Below are positions 35,753-45,723 of a stretch of 64,000 nucleotides of DNA, piece after piece (position 1 is the stretch's first letter; every line of letters begins with the position of its first letter). Position numbers and translations under genes: made by a program. The stretch is taken from assembly GCA_965201145.1 (NCBI GenBank), contig CBDAVT010000002.1, positions 841,084 through 905,083 of the forward strand, read 5' to 3'. This stretch comes from Dehalococcoidia bacterium (GTDB taxonomy: Bacteria; Chloroflexota; Dehalococcoidia; Lucifugimonadales; UBA3495). The notes under the pieces are model-generated. The model was not told where the DNA came from and did not search any database. It was given only the letters and a program-made list of their open reading frames with translations.

Positions 35753-37633
35753 ATGTCCTATCATTGGTTGACCATACCCAAGTCAGTACTCATCGGTTCC
35801 CTGGTTCTGGCCCTGACCCTGCTGGCAGCCTGCGGCTCCGCCGCCCCCGAGATTGTTGAGAAGGAGGTACTTAAAGAAGTAACTGTAGAAGTACCCAAAG
35901 TGGTGGAAGTAATCAAGGAAGTTGAAGTGCCGGTGGAGGTAGAAAAGCAGGTCCTCCAGGAAGTGGAAGTGGTCAAGGAGGTAGAGGTACTGAAGCAAAT
36001 CCCCAAGGAAACGGTGGTTGAAAAGATGGTCATTGCCACCCCCACTCCGATTCCGGCAGTGATGGATGCGGTGGAAACTAAGGTGGATCGGGTGATTTAC
36101 GCTTTGGGGGAAGTGCAGGAAACCAACCGGCACTGGACGGTCAGCCGTCCTTCCTACTATCAGTTCGACCCTTACGGTGAAACGCTGGTGGGTTTGGACC
36201 CGCACAGCAACGAACGCATTCCCCGCTTGGCCAAGAGTTGGGAATGGAGCGAGGACGGGAGAGAATGGACTTTCCACCTGGTTGAGGGAGTACCTTTCCA
36301 CTTTGGCTTTGGCGAGTTTACGGCCCACGATGCCGTGGCGGCCCACCATCGGACTCTGGGCGAAGATTCCCAGGCCAGTGCAGCTTCCTTTTTCCGGGGA
36401 GCCACCGCCGAAGCTTTGGATGACTACACGGTCAAATACACTTTCGACGGCCTGTCCCTGGACACGCCGGCAATCCTCTCCCGTGGTTTCGGCGGCGGTG
36501 AAGTTCTGATGCTGAGCCAGAAGCAGTTCGAGTCCGAGGGTCTCGAAGGCTTTGATGCCCGGCCGGCCGGCACCGGTTCTTATATGTACGGTGGCCGAGA
36601 AATTGGACAGGGGCTGTGGTTCGAAAAGGCGCCCGGTACCCATTGGCGCGGTGAGAATCCCGACTTTCAGGAAGTAGAGCTGCGCTGGGTGCGGGAAGAC
36701 CTGACGCGTCTGGCGGCTTTGCTCACCGGCGAAATCCACGTCGCTGCCCTGTCCCGGGAACTGCAGCTGGAAGCCGGACGGCGAGGGATGAAGCCGGCGG
36801 CGGCCGGTGTGCCGACCAACTACCTGTCCCTGTTCCTGGGCGGGATGTATTTCTCCGAAGGCGACCCCGATTATGACCCCTCAGTGCCCTGGGCTCATCC
36901 CGCTACGGGTAAACTGATCCGGCAGGCCATGAACCAGGCCATTGACCGGCAGGAGATGCTGCAGCACGTTCTCAAAGGCGATGGCGAGTTGATGTATAAC
37001 ACGGCCTACCACCAGGTCCTGCGGGGCTGGAATCCCCAATGGGAAACGGACTGGGAAAGTCTGTACGGGTATGACCCGGAAGCAGCGAAGAATTTGATGG
37101 CCCAGGCTGGTTACGGCCCGGATAACCCGATGCCCTTTACCTCTTACAACTACTTCTCGGCGGATGAGCCGGAAACGGCAGTGATGTTGGAGGCATTGAT
37201 TAATTTCTGGGAACCCATCGGCATCGACGTAACCCTGCTGGACAGCGAGTGGGGAACCGTCCGTAAAGAGTATCGCGCCAAGGGCGATTTCATCAAAAAG
37301 GGCGGTTGGGGCAACGTAATCACCATGCGGTCGCTGACCACCCGGCTGCGCGTCTGGAGCTTTGCCGCCACCGGAAATGGCGGAGGATACGAAACCGACC
37401 TCCAGGACCGGAACTATCTGGAATATATCGCCCTGGAAAACGTGGATGAAACTGCCATTAACCGGCTGATTCAGGAAATCGGGGACGACCGCTACTATAA
37501 TTTTGCGGATATTCCCTTTTTCTGGTTCCGCCTGACGGTAATGTTCAACCCGGAAGTGGTGGAAAGCTGGACCTTCCCGGGCACCGCTTCTTCGAAAACC
37601 AGTCACTGGGACCTGCTGCGGGCCGCGCAGTGA
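35753..37633 (+). CDS. ABC transporter substrate-binding lipoprotein, family 5, with E/V/K-repeat linker (paralog A)
   Basis: Lipobox LLAAC-GS, then EIVEKEVLKEVTVEVPKVVEVIKEVEVPVEVEKQVLQEVEVVKEVEVLKQIPKE, then a family-5 SBP fold. Highly similar to 37910..39787. Confidence 0.85.
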   Translation: MSYHWLTIPKSVLIGSLVLALTLLAACGSAAPEIVEKEVLKEVTVEVPKVVEVIKEVEVPVEVEKQVLQEVEVVKEVEVLKQIPKETVVEKMVIATPTPIPAVMDAVETKVDRVIYALGEVQETNRHWTVSRPSYYQFDPYGETLVGLDPHSNERIPRLAKSWEWSEDGREWTFHLVEGVPFHFGFGEFTAHDAVAAHHRTLGEDSQASAASFFRGATAEALDDYTVKYTFDGLSLDTPAILSRGFGGGEVLMLSQKQFESEGLEGFDARPAGTGSYMYGGREIGQGLWFEKAPGTHWRGENPDFQEVELRWVREDLTRLAALLTGEIHVAALSRELQLEAGRRGMKPAAAGVPTNYLSLFLGGMYFSEGDPDYDPSVPWAHPATGKLIRQAMNQAIDRQEMLQHVLKGDGELMYNTAYHQVLRGWNPQWETDWESLYGYDPEAAKNLMAQAGYGPDNPMPFTSYNYFSADEPETAVMLEALINFWEPIGIDVTLLDSEWGTVRKEYRAKGDFIKKGGWGNVITMRSLTTRLRVWSFAATGNGGGYETDLQDRNYLEYIALENVDETAINRLIQEIGDDRYYNFADIPFFWFRLTVMFNPEVVESWTFPGTASSKTSHWDLLRAAQ

Positions 37634-37679
37634 ATTTCCCGCGAATTTCCGAAAACCTAACCCGTTTTTGACGCCAAAA

Positions 37680-37717
37680 TAGCCGGGATTAGCGTATTAA
37701 TGCTCTAATCCTGGCTA
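37680..37717 (+). terminator. Candidate intrinsic terminator
   Basis: 13-bp stem TAGCCGGGATTAG/CTAATCCTGGCTA (one G-U pair) with a 12-nt loop, followed by a T-rich tail TTGTATAT. Confidence 0.5.
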
Positions 37718-37799
37718 TTGTATATATAATCAGTAATACTATTCTGATTTATTGCTCATTGCATACATATCTACGGATATTCTGGATATAATTGCAGCA

Positions 37800-37829
37800 T
37801 TGACACCCTCAAATTCCGGGGCATATAAT
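37800..37829 (+). promoter_or_regulatory. Candidate sigma70-type promoter (TTGACA-18-TATAAT)
   Basis: Consensus hexamers about 80 nt upstream of the second SBP. A shared TTGGGAGGTAAC RBS context occurs in both paralogs. Confidence 0.55.
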
Positions 37830-37909
37830 CTGTCAAATTTTCTGAAATCCCCAGGTAGGGGGGATAAGGGAAATGGTATCCCATTTCAAAATTTGGGAGG
37901 TAACGGTTA

Positions 37910-39787
37910 ATGACATTCCGGTTGCATAAATCTCGCGCACTTTTGATTGGATCATTGATTCTTCTGCTATCTTTTGTGGTTGCCTGTGGCAGCGCCGCTC
38001 CTGAGATCGTGGAAAGGGAGGTAGTCCGGGAAGTAGAAGTACCCGTCGAGGTAGAGAAAGAGGTAGTCCGGGAGGTAGAAGTACCCGTCGAGGTAGAGAA
38101 GGAAGTAGTCAAGGAAGTCGAGGTAATTAAGGAAGTCGAGGTACTCAAGGAAGTACCTAAGGAAACCGTCATCGAAAAGACGGTGATCGCCACCCCTACG
38201 CCGATCCCGGCGATGATGGAAGCCGTCGAGGCCAAGGTGGAGCGGGTCATTTACGCTCTGGGCGAAGTACAGGAAACCAACCGGCACTGGACGGTTGGGC
38301 GTCCTTCTTACTACCAGTTCGACCCCTACTCCGAAACGCTAATCGGCTTGGACGCAAATACCAACGAGCGGATTCCGCGCCTGGCCAAGCGTTGGGAATC
38401 CACTCCTGACGGCCGGGTTTGGACTTTCCACTTGGAAGAGGGAGTCCCCTTCCACTTTGGTCACGGAGATTTCACGTCCGCCGATGTGGTAGCCTCCTTC
38501 GACCGCATTTTGGGCGAAGATTCTCAAGTCTCTGCCGTGTCATTCTTTAATGGCGCCACCTACCAGGCGTTGGATGACCACACTGTAGAGCTGGCCTTCC
38601 CGCAGATTTCTTTGGATACCCCCTCCATAGTGTCCCGCGGCTTTGGCGGCGGCGAAATAATGATGCTGAGCAAGAATCAGTTTGACACTGAGGGACTAGA
38701 GGGCTTCGACAATCGCCCGGCCGGTACCGGTTCTTACCAGTATGGCGGCAAGACCCTGGGCCAGAGTATCTGGTTTGAGAAGGCGCCCGGCCCCCACTGG
38801 CGCGGCGAAAACCCGGACTTCCAGGAAGTAGAGTTGCGCTGGGTGCGGGAAGACCTGACCCGCCTGGCCGCCCTGCTGACTGGTGAAATCCACGTCGCCG
38901 CCCTGTCCCGGGAGTTGCAGTTGGAAGCCGGACGGCGGGGAATGCAGCCAGCCGCGGCTGGTGTGCCGACCAACTACCTGACCATGTTCCTGGGCGGACA
39001 GTATTACGGCGCTTATCAGGATGATTATGACCCCAATGTTCCCTGGGCCAGCCCGGAACATGGTAAGAATATCCGTCAGGCGATGAACAAGGCTATCAAC
39101 CGCCAGGAAATGCTGGATCACGTCCTGAAGGGCGACGGCGAGTTGATGTTGCTGACTCAGTATCACCCGGTACTGGGAACCTGGAATGACCAGTGGGAAG
39201 AGGACTGGGAAGAGCTTTATGGCTACGACCAGGAAGCGGCCAAGAACTTGATGGCCCAGGCCGGCTTCACTCCTGACAATCCCATGGCCTTCACCTCCTA
39301 CAACTACTTCTCGGCGGATGAACCGGAAACGGCAGTTATGCTGGAAGCTCTGATTAACTATTGGGAGCCGATCGGCATCGACGTAACCCTGCTGGACAGC
39401 GAATGGGGTACCGTCCGCAAGAACTACCGGGAACGGACCGACTTCATCAAGAAAGGCGGTTGGGGCAACGTAATCACCATGCGCTCCCTGACCAACCGAT
39501 TGCGGAGCTGGAGCTCGGCGCAGGGAGTAGGTGGAGCCGGATACTATTCCGACATCATCGAGCGCAACTATAAGGCTTATCAGGCGCTGGATACGGTGGA
39601 CTACGACCGAATCAACGAGCTGTTGCTGGAAGTAGGTAACGACAAGTATTACAACTTTGCCGACATCCCCTTCTTCTGGTTCAGTCTGACGGTGATGTAC
39701 AACCCCGAAGTAGTAGAGAGCTGGACTTTCCCCGGAACCGCCGGCTCCAAGACCAGCCATTGGAACTTGCTGCGGGCCGCGCAGTAA
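37910..39787 (+). CDS. ABC transporter substrate-binding lipoprotein, family 5, with E/V/K-repeat linker (paralog B)
   Basis: Lipobox VVAC-GS. The linker contains a duplicated VREVEVPVEVEKEV. Collinear with paralog A over the whole length. Confidence 0.85.
   Translation: MTFRLHKSRALLIGSLILLLSFVVACGSAAPEIVEREVVREVEVPVEVEKEVVREVEVPVEVEKEVVKEVEVIKEVEVLKEVPKETVIEKTVIATPTPIPAMMEAVEAKVERVIYALGEVQETNRHWTVGRPSYYQFDPYSETLIGLDANTNERIPRLAKRWESTPDGRVWTFHLEEGVPFHFGHGDFTSADVVASFDRILGEDSQVSAVSFFNGATYQALDDHTVELAFPQISLDTPSIVSRGFGGGEIMMLSKNQFDTEGLEGFDNRPAGTGSYQYGGKTLGQSIWFEKAPGPHWRGENPDFQEVELRWVREDLTRLAALLTGEIHVAALSRELQLEAGRRGMQPAAAGVPTNYLTMFLGGQYYGAYQDDYDPNVPWASPEHGKNIRQAMNKAINRQEMLDHVLKGDGELMLLTQYHPVLGTWNDQWEEDWEELYGYDQEAAKNLMAQAGFTPDNPMAFTSYNYFSADEPETAVMLEALINYWEPIGIDVTLLDSEWGTVRKNYRERTDFIKKGGWGNVITMRSLTNRLRSWSSAQGVGGAGYYSDIIERNYKAYQALDTVDYDRINELLLEVGNDKYYNFADIPFFWFSLTVMYNPEVVESWTFPGTAGSKTSHWNLLRAAQ
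38033..38116 (+). repeat. 2 x 42-bp tandem duplication in the SBP linker
   Basis: GTCCGGGAAGTAGAAGTACCCGTCGAGGTAGAGAAAGAGGTA is repeated immediately with 2 substitutions. Each unit encodes VREVEVPVEVEKEV. Confidence 0.85.
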
Positions 39788-39838
39788 TCGGAATCTAATC
39801 GGCAGTTCCGGCTAACCGTCCTCTGCCAAAGAAAAATC

Positions 39839-39868
39839 GGCCTCCCGGGGTAACTGCCTCGGGAGGCC
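39839..39868 (+). terminator. Candidate intrinsic terminator
   Basis: 9-bp GC stem GGCCTCCCG...CGGGAGGCC followed by AATTGTTTGG. Confidence 0.5.
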
Positions 39869-40046
39869 AATTGTTTGGCCGGATGTACAGCGCAAGCCGC
39901 TGGACTGGATACTCCATTGCATCTGGGAAAGCCTACCGGAGGCTGATACAATAAAGGCAGTAAGAATAATAATTTATTTCCTGGCCTTTTCCACCGTAAT
40001 CGGGATTGCGGCTGCTATTGCCTGGCTAAGTGTTGTAGTCGCCCCA

Positions 40047-40388
40047 GTGGAATCTCGGCAAAGAGGATTAACTATCCTGGCTATTGCCTTGAGCGGACTG
40101 GGGGTAGCCGGTGGCATCGTATATTTGGCGGAAAAGCTGATTAATCTGGCGAAAGGAGTATCGGTAATGCTGGCAGAAATAATTGTAGAAAAATACAAGA
40201 AGCGCCAACTGGAAAAGGGGATAAAAATCGGGGAGAAAAGAGGCCGGGAACAAGGCTTGGAACGGGGTTTGGAGCAAGGTTTGGAACAGGGCCGCGAACA
40301 AGAACGACAGGCTTGGCGGGACTGGTACACAAGACAGCAGGCTGCCTACCGTGCCGGGCGGCTTTTTGATGAACCACCGCCGGGGTAA
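40047..40388 (+). CDS. Small membrane-anchored protein with (E/R)QGLE repeats
   Basis: GTG start. One TM (LTILAIALSGLGVAGGIVYLA), then KRGREQGLERGLEQGLEQGREQERQAW. Coding status is plausible but unproven. Confidence 0.4.
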   Translation: MESRQRGLTILAIALSGLGVAGGIVYLAEKLINLAKGVSVMLAEIIVEKYKKRQLEKGIKIGEKRGREQGLERGLEQGLEQGREQERQAWRDWYTRQQAAYRAGRLFDEPPPG

Positions 40389-40547
40389 TCTGCTGGAAGT
40401 GCTGACCGGGATTAGTTACCGGTCTTGGCTGCCTGGTTTATCCCGACCATTTGCGCGGCGGTTCCGGTTGCCGCAATGCCAGGTAGAGCCGAAAACTTCG
40501 TTCGCCTGTTTGAGTTTAATCTAGTATAAATACAATACGGAGGGAAG

Positions 40548-41762
40548 ATGGCAACGCAGTCGCAGGAAATTCGAAATATGCGGCTAATTTCGCACCATGA
40601 CCTGAACGGTTACGGCAACATCGGCGAGGGTGTCCATTTGCACCGAACCAGGGACGGTCGCCGGGTTCTCTACATGGCCCATGAAAGCGCCCCCAAGGAC
40701 ATCACCAGCGTCGATGTGACCGACATTGCCAACCCCAGACTGCTGGCCCAGACAGAGCTGGCCTACGGGCACCTGCGCTCTAATTCTCTGTCCATTGTGG
40801 ATGACACCATGCTGGTGGCTTACCAGTCCCTGAACCCCGGCCAGCCGGGTACCGGCATGGGAGTGTACGATATTGGCAATCCTGAGGAGCCGCGGCAGAT
40901 CAGCTTTATGGACCTGGGCGGCGAGTATTCCCGGGGCTGCCACTGCCTGTGGTGGGTGGATGGTGAATATGCGCACCTGTCCACCGGCGCTGCTGACTTC
41001 CAGCCCCGCAATCAGAAAGACGACCAGTTTTATATGATTGTAGATGTGAAGGACCCCACCAGGCCCCAAGAGGTTGGGCGTTGGTGGCTTCCCGGGACCC
41101 GGGAAGGCGACGCCGAGCCGATGCCGGCCCGCCATCCCCAGTTTGACGCCGGTCACCGCTTGCATAACGGCAACGTCTATCCGGAGCGTCCCGATCGGGC
41201 CTACTGCGCCTATATGGACTCGGGGGTAGCCATCCTGAATATCGAGGACAAGGCTAATCCCCAGGTGGTCAGCCAGATTAACTATGCGCCACCCTTTCCC
41301 GGGTTCACCCACACGGTCTTGCCCCTCTTTAATCGGGACTTGATGGTGGTAACTCAGGAGGCGGTTCGGCTGAATGGCGAAGACTACCCCAAGCTGATGT
41401 GGATGATGGATATACGGGATGAAACCAATCCCATTATCATCAGTACTTTCCCGATGCCGGATACGGAAGACTTTTTCAACCGGCCCGGCCGCTTTGGCGC
41501 GCACAACGTGTATGAAAACCAGCCCGGCCCCACCTGCTTCTTCTCCGATACTTTGGTGTTCGCCACCCTGTTCAACGCCGGAATTCGGGTGTACGACACC
41601 AGCGACCCCTTCCGGCCCGAAGAGGTGGCCTACTTTGTGCCGGAAATTCCCGAGGGAGCTCCCTCCAACGGAATTAATGACGTTTACGTGGACGAAAACG
41701 GCATTATGTACGTGGTGGACCGATTGAAGGGCGGCCTCTATATCCTCGAACTTACCCTTTAG
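40548..41762 (+). CDS. Beta-propeller-like protein (LVIVD-repeat-like)
   Basis: Recurrent hydrophobic strand motifs (SLSIVDDTMLVAY, YMIVDVKD, GVAILNIED, GIMYVVDRLKGGLYILE). GGAGGGAAG RBS. Family assignment is tentative. Confidence 0.45.
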   Translation: MATQSQEIRNMRLISHHDLNGYGNIGEGVHLHRTRDGRRVLYMAHESAPKDITSVDVTDIANPRLLAQTELAYGHLRSNSLSIVDDTMLVAYQSLNPGQPGTGMGVYDIGNPEEPRQISFMDLGGEYSRGCHCLWWVDGEYAHLSTGAADFQPRNQKDDQFYMIVDVKDPTRPQEVGRWWLPGTREGDAEPMPARHPQFDAGHRLHNGNVYPERPDRAYCAYMDSGVAILNIEDKANPQVVSQINYAPPFPGFTHTVLPLFNRDLMVVTQEAVRLNGEDYPKLMWMMDIRDETNPIIISTFPMPDTEDFFNRPGRFGAHNVYENQPGPTCFFSDTLVFATLFNAGIRVYDTSDPFRPEEVAYFVPEIPEGAPSNGINDVYVDENGIMYVVDRLKGGLYILELTL

Positions 41763-41955
41763 CCCGGCCGGCTAGTTCAGGACGGAGTTCCGGGGCGGGC
41801 CTTCAAACCCGCCCCTTTGCGTAGCTCGACCACCCGGCGGCCGGCAACGAAAGGACCTCATCCCAGGTCGCAGCCTGCTTGACGCCCGGTTTTGCTGCCG
41901 TGCTAATATGAGGCATCGGCCCGAAGGTTTCCCCAAGGCAGGAGATTCCTTACTT

Positions 41956-42507
41956 TTGGTTTCTAAAGTCACGCGCAGAATTTTGGTAACTATAGCTGAG
42001 GGCTTCCGGCAAGACCTTTCGGAGCCCTGGCTGGAAAGTGTGCTGTCAGTTGCGTTGAACTATGCCTTGCCTCCGGATGAAACCGCTCAGGTGAGCCTGT
42101 TGATAGCTGACGATGCAACGGTTCAGGAACTAAACCGGAGGTTCCGGGGACTGGATGAGGTAACTGATGTTCTCTCCTTCTCCACCGCTCACCAGGGCCA
42201 CTGGGAGGGCGAAGCAGAGGCATCCGTCGAACCGGGTATTGAGGAAGGGGAAGGCTGGCCCGATTTTGTTCTGCCGCCGGACGAGCTGCCGCCCTTAGGC
42301 GAAATCATAGTTTCCTATCCGCAGACTTGCCGTCAGGCCAAGACCACGGCCCACCCGGTAGAACGGGAGCTGGCCTTGCTGATTGTGCACGGGGCATTGC
42401 ATTTGGTAGGCCACGACCATTTGGAATCGGAAGAAACAGCCCGAATGCAGGCTTTGGAACGGGCCGCGCTGGCCGAGATATTTGCCGACCCGGAGGATAT
42501 GCCATGA
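41956..42507 (+). CDS. ybeY: rRNA maturation endoribonuclease YbeY
   Basis: HGALHLVGHDH zinc motif and TDVLSF. Start is uncertain (TTG 41956, 10 nt after AGGAGA). The stop overlaps the dnaX ATG (ATGA). Confidence 0.8.
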   Translation: MVSKVTRRILVTIAEGFRQDLSEPWLESVLSVALNYALPPDETAQVSLLIADDATVQELNRRFRGLDEVTDVLSFSTAHQGHWEGEAEASVEPGIEEGEGWPDFVLPPDELPPLGEIIVSYPQTCRQAKTTAHPVERELALLIVHGALHLVGHDHLESEETARMQALERAALAEIFADPEDMP

Positions 42508-44183
42508 CCTCCCAGGTCTATTACCGCAAATGGCGCCCCGGTTGCTTTGCTGACTTGGTGGGGCAGGAGCACGTGGCTACCACCTTGCGTCAAGCCATTA
42601 AGCAGGGGCGGGAATCTCATTCGTATCTGTTTTGCGGTCCGCGGGGTACCGGCAAGACTACCACTGCCCGCATCGTAGCCAAGGCGGTTAACTGCCTGGA
42701 ACCTTTGGATGGCGACCCTTGCAACCGCTGCGCTGTCTGCGTCTCCTTTAACGAAGAGCGGTTCCTGGATACCATTGAAATGGACGCCGCCAGCAATCGA
42801 GGTATCGAGGACATTCGAGACATCCGGGACAAGGTGAACTTTGCGCCGGTTGAGGGCCGCCGCAAGGTATATATCATCGACGAGGCCCATATGCTTACCG
42901 ATCAGGCCTCTAATGCCTTCCTCAAAACCTTGGAAGAGCCGCCGGCCCACGTCATTTTTATTCTGTGCACTACGGAAGCCAACCGGATTTTACCCACCAT
43001 AGTCTCCCGTTGCCAGCGTTTTGACTTTAGACGGCTGCCCGCCGAGCGAATCTACCAGAGACTGGCGGAGATTACCGAGGGAGAGGGCGTTTCGGTGGCG
43101 CCGGAAGCCCTGCGACTGGTAGCCCGCTACGCTGCCGGCAGTCTGCGGGATGCGGAGAATCTACTGGAGCAGTTGGTAGTATCTTTCGGCGACGGCGTAA
43201 CGCTGGTCCAGGTTGAGGAACTGCTGGGGCTTGGGCACGGCGACCGCTGGCTGGATTTAGTCAAATATCTGCTGACCGGCAACACTACGGCCTGCCTGGA
43301 GGTCGTTAATCAGGCAGCCTGGGATGGGGCGGACCTGCGTCAGATGCACCGGCAGGCCCTGGAACTGCTGCGGGGGGCAATGCTTCTGGAATGGAGCGCT
43401 GCCGATACCCTGGAATTTCCCGAGCACGTGACCGGCCAATTGCGGGAACTGGTAGGCAACTTGCCTAATACACGCATAGTAAAGGCCCTGCGTATCTGGG
43501 GCGAGGTCAATATGCGCTATGACGCTCCCTCGACGCTGCCCCTGGAATTGGCGATAGTGGAAATCTGTAACGAAGACCTGGCGCCGCCGGCGGAAGCCGC
43601 TCCGGCTCCAGCCACTCCCCGGACAGCTCCCGCCCCGCAGAATCACCGCACGGGAGGAAGTCCGTCCCCGGCCTCCGGGCCGCCCCATTCCAACGGCGCC
43701 CCGGCCCAACCTGAAGTCGCCTCGCGTCCGGCAGAACGTCCCCGCACCGCTCCAGCGCGCCCCCAGCCAGCAGGCCAGGTAGCCGAAACTTCCGGGAGTT
43801 CCAGCGACGGCGAGGGTATATCCGACAAGTGGCTTGCCGCCGTGAAAGCGTTAAGTCGCTGTACGGGAAAGAAATACAATCTCGGCGCGCTGCTGCGGGA
43901 CTGCAAGGCCAACACCATAACCCTGGAAAGTGATACACTGTTGATACCCTTCGTGCATCGCCCCAATTTGGAACGGATGCAGGAAGAAATGGAAGACTCC
44001 GGCTCACGGCAAATGATTGCCGAGGCGGTAACCCGGCACTTCGGTACGCAGTACGATTTCAAGATATTTCTTGCGGGACAAGATGAGGAAGGCTCTCAAC
44101 CCGGTCGGCCCTTCCAGCACAGTCCGTTGGTGCGTACCGCGATGAACATGGGAGCCCGGATCGTGGAGGATACAATCGAATGA
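42504..44183 (+). CDS. dnaX: DNA polymerase III subunit gamma/tau
   Basis: YRKWRP..., GPRGTGKTTTARI, zinc module CNRCAVC, IIDEAHML, SRCQRFDF. The C-terminus is P/A-rich. Confidence 0.95.
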   Translation: MTSQVYYRKWRPGCFADLVGQEHVATTLRQAIKQGRESHSYLFCGPRGTGKTTTARIVAKAVNCLEPLDGDPCNRCAVCVSFNEERFLDTIEMDAASNRGIEDIRDIRDKVNFAPVEGRRKVYIIDEAHMLTDQASNAFLKTLEEPPAHVIFILCTTEANRILPTIVSRCQRFDFRRLPAERIYQRLAEITEGEGVSVAPEALRLVARYAAGSLRDAENLLEQLVVSFGDGVTLVQVEELLGLGHGDRWLDLVKYLLTGNTTACLEVVNQAAWDGADLRQMHRQALELLRGAMLLEWSAADTLEFPEHVTGQLRELVGNLPNTRIVKALRIWGEVNMRYDAPSTLPLELAIVEICNEDLAPPAEAAPAPATPRTAPAPQNHRTGGSPSPASGPPHSNGAPAQPEVASRPAERPRTAPARPQPAGQVAETSGSSSDGEGISDKWLAAVKALSRCTGKKYNLGALLRDCKANTITLESDTLLIPFVHRPNLERMQEEMEDSGSRQMIAEAVTRHFGTQYDFKIFLAGQDEEGSQPGRPFQHSPLVRTAMNMGARIVEDTIE

Positions 44184-44479
44184 ACCGGAACATGATGCGT
44201 CAGGCCCAGCGAATGCAGGCGCAGTTGCAAAAAATTCAGGAAGAATTGGAGACCATGACCGTTGAAGGCAGCGCCGGCGGCGGTGTGGTCAAAGTCGTGA
44301 TGACGGGTAAACAAGTGGTGGAGTCGGTTATTATTGAACCGGAAGCGATGGAGGATGTGGAACTGCTGCAGGACCTGGTGGCGGCCGCCTTCAACGATGC
44401 CTCGGACAAGACCCAGCAGCTGGCCGCCAGCAAAATGGGCGCCATCACCGGCGGCATGAATATCCCCGGTCTGACTTAA
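44180..44479 (+). CDS. ybaB: YbaB/EbfC nucleoid-associated protein
   Basis: MNRNMMRQAQRMQAQLQKIQEELE...GGGVVKVVMTGKQ. ATGA overlap with dnaX. Confidence 0.9.
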   Translation: MNRNMMRQAQRMQAQLQKIQEELETMTVEGSAGGGVVKVVMTGKQVVESVIIEPEAMEDVELLQDLVAAAFNDASDKTQQLAASKMGAITGGMNIPGLT

Positions 44480-44625
44480 TCGTCCCAGCGCAGCCGCGCC
44501 GGGCAGCTAACTGAGTTGGGGCATTTCTCCGGTTTAAGGTACTGCTTTGATTGTTGTGGCCCTGCGGTCAAGGACTGCCTTCCGTACTTCTATGTTGGGA
44601 GTCCGGACTGTTTCACAGAGGGACT

Positions 44626-45723
44626 ATGGTAGATCGCTATCAACAACTGCAACTGGATATTGAAATTGAGGATAGCGCTGCGGATGATGCGGCGGTTGCC
44701 CTGGTCAAGTACGATATTTCCAGCTATGGAATAGACTTCGACGTGGAAGGCTTGTACCGGCGGCTCAAGCGGGCAGAGATTTTTGTACCATCGTTCCAGC
44801 GCAGCTACGTTTGGAGCCTGGAGGAAGCCTCTCGATTTATTGAAAGTCTGTTGTTGGGTTTGCCAGTTCCTGGCATATTTCTGGCGAGAGATGAAGTATC
44901 GGGCAAGCTGCTGGTAATCGACGGCCAGCAGCGCCTTAAATCCTTGATGTTCTTTCTTGACGGTGACTTCAACTCTGACAACAGCGGCAAAGCCCGGCAA
45001 TTTAAGCTGAAGGATGTCCAGGGAGAATTTGCGGGCAAAACTTACGCTACCCTGCCGGAAAAGAACCGAATCGACCTGGACAACGCCATTATCCACGCCA
45101 CCGTTGTCAAGCAGGATCACCCGCAGGGCGATGACACCAGTATTTACCATATCTCTGAGCGGTTGAATTCCGGAGGAAGGCAGCTGTACCCTCAGGAAAT
45201 GCGGAGCGCCTTGTATCACGGGACGCTGATTGACACTATCCAGGACTTGAACCGGCACGAAAGCTGGCGCAGTATATACGGCCAATCCAGCGCCAGGTTA
45301 AGGGATCAAGAGCTTATTCTCAGATTCCTGGGGTTGTATTACTCTGAGGCAAGGTATTCCCGTCCTCTTAAAGAGTTTCTTACCAAATTTCTTATCCGAC
45401 ACCGCAATCCTGCACCGGAGGTGTTGGACTCGTACAGCAATACCTTTTGCCGGGTCGCCGACTTGTGGTGGGAAGCGTTGGGTAACAAAGCTTTCCGCCC
45501 CTCGCAAAATTTTAACGCCGCCGTTTTCGATTCAATGTTTGTAGCGCTGGCTAGAAGAGTCAACCAGGCTGATGTTCCGGCTCCGGAAAAATTAGCTCGA
45601 GCCTATCGGGAAGTTTGGGATGATGCAGACTACCGGAGCGCTATAGTAACCCGATCGACATCTGAAGAATCTTCGGTGCAAACCCGTCTGGACAAGGCGA
45701 CGAGTCGTATTGCAGAACTGTAA
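44626..45723 (+). CDS. DUF262 (ParB/GmrSD N-terminal-like) protein, module 2 (intact)
   Basis: FVPSFQRSYVWSLEEASRFIESLLLGLPVPGIFLA...LVIDGQQRLKSL...ERLNSGGRQLYPQEMRSAL. The C-terminal ~200 aa is helical with no His-Me/HNH (DUF1524-type) motif visible. Confidence 0.85.
   Translation: MVDRYQQLQLDIEIEDSAADDAAVALVKYDISSYGIDFDVEGLYRRLKRAEIFVPSFQRSYVWSLEEASRFIESLLLGLPVPGIFLARDEVSGKLLVIDGQQRLKSLMFFLDGDFNSDNSGKARQFKLKDVQGEFAGKTYATLPEKNRIDLDNAIIHATVVKQDHPQGDDTSIYHISERLNSGGRQLYPQEMRSALYHGTLIDTIQDLNRHESWRSIYGQSSARLRDQELILRFLGLYYSEARYSRPLKEFLTKFLIRHRNPAPEVLDSYSNTFCRVADLWWEALGNKAFRPSQNFNAAVFDSMFVALARRVNQADVPAPEKLARAYREVWDDADYRSAIVTRSTSEESSVQTRLDKATSRIAEL

Noticed and set aside
35783-39760. Long minus-strand ORFs (35783..36739, 36881..37606, 38696..39760) opposite the two SBP genes.
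   Set aside because: They are antisense shadows. The plus-strand genes have lipoboxes, promoters, RBSs and clear family-5 SBP homology.
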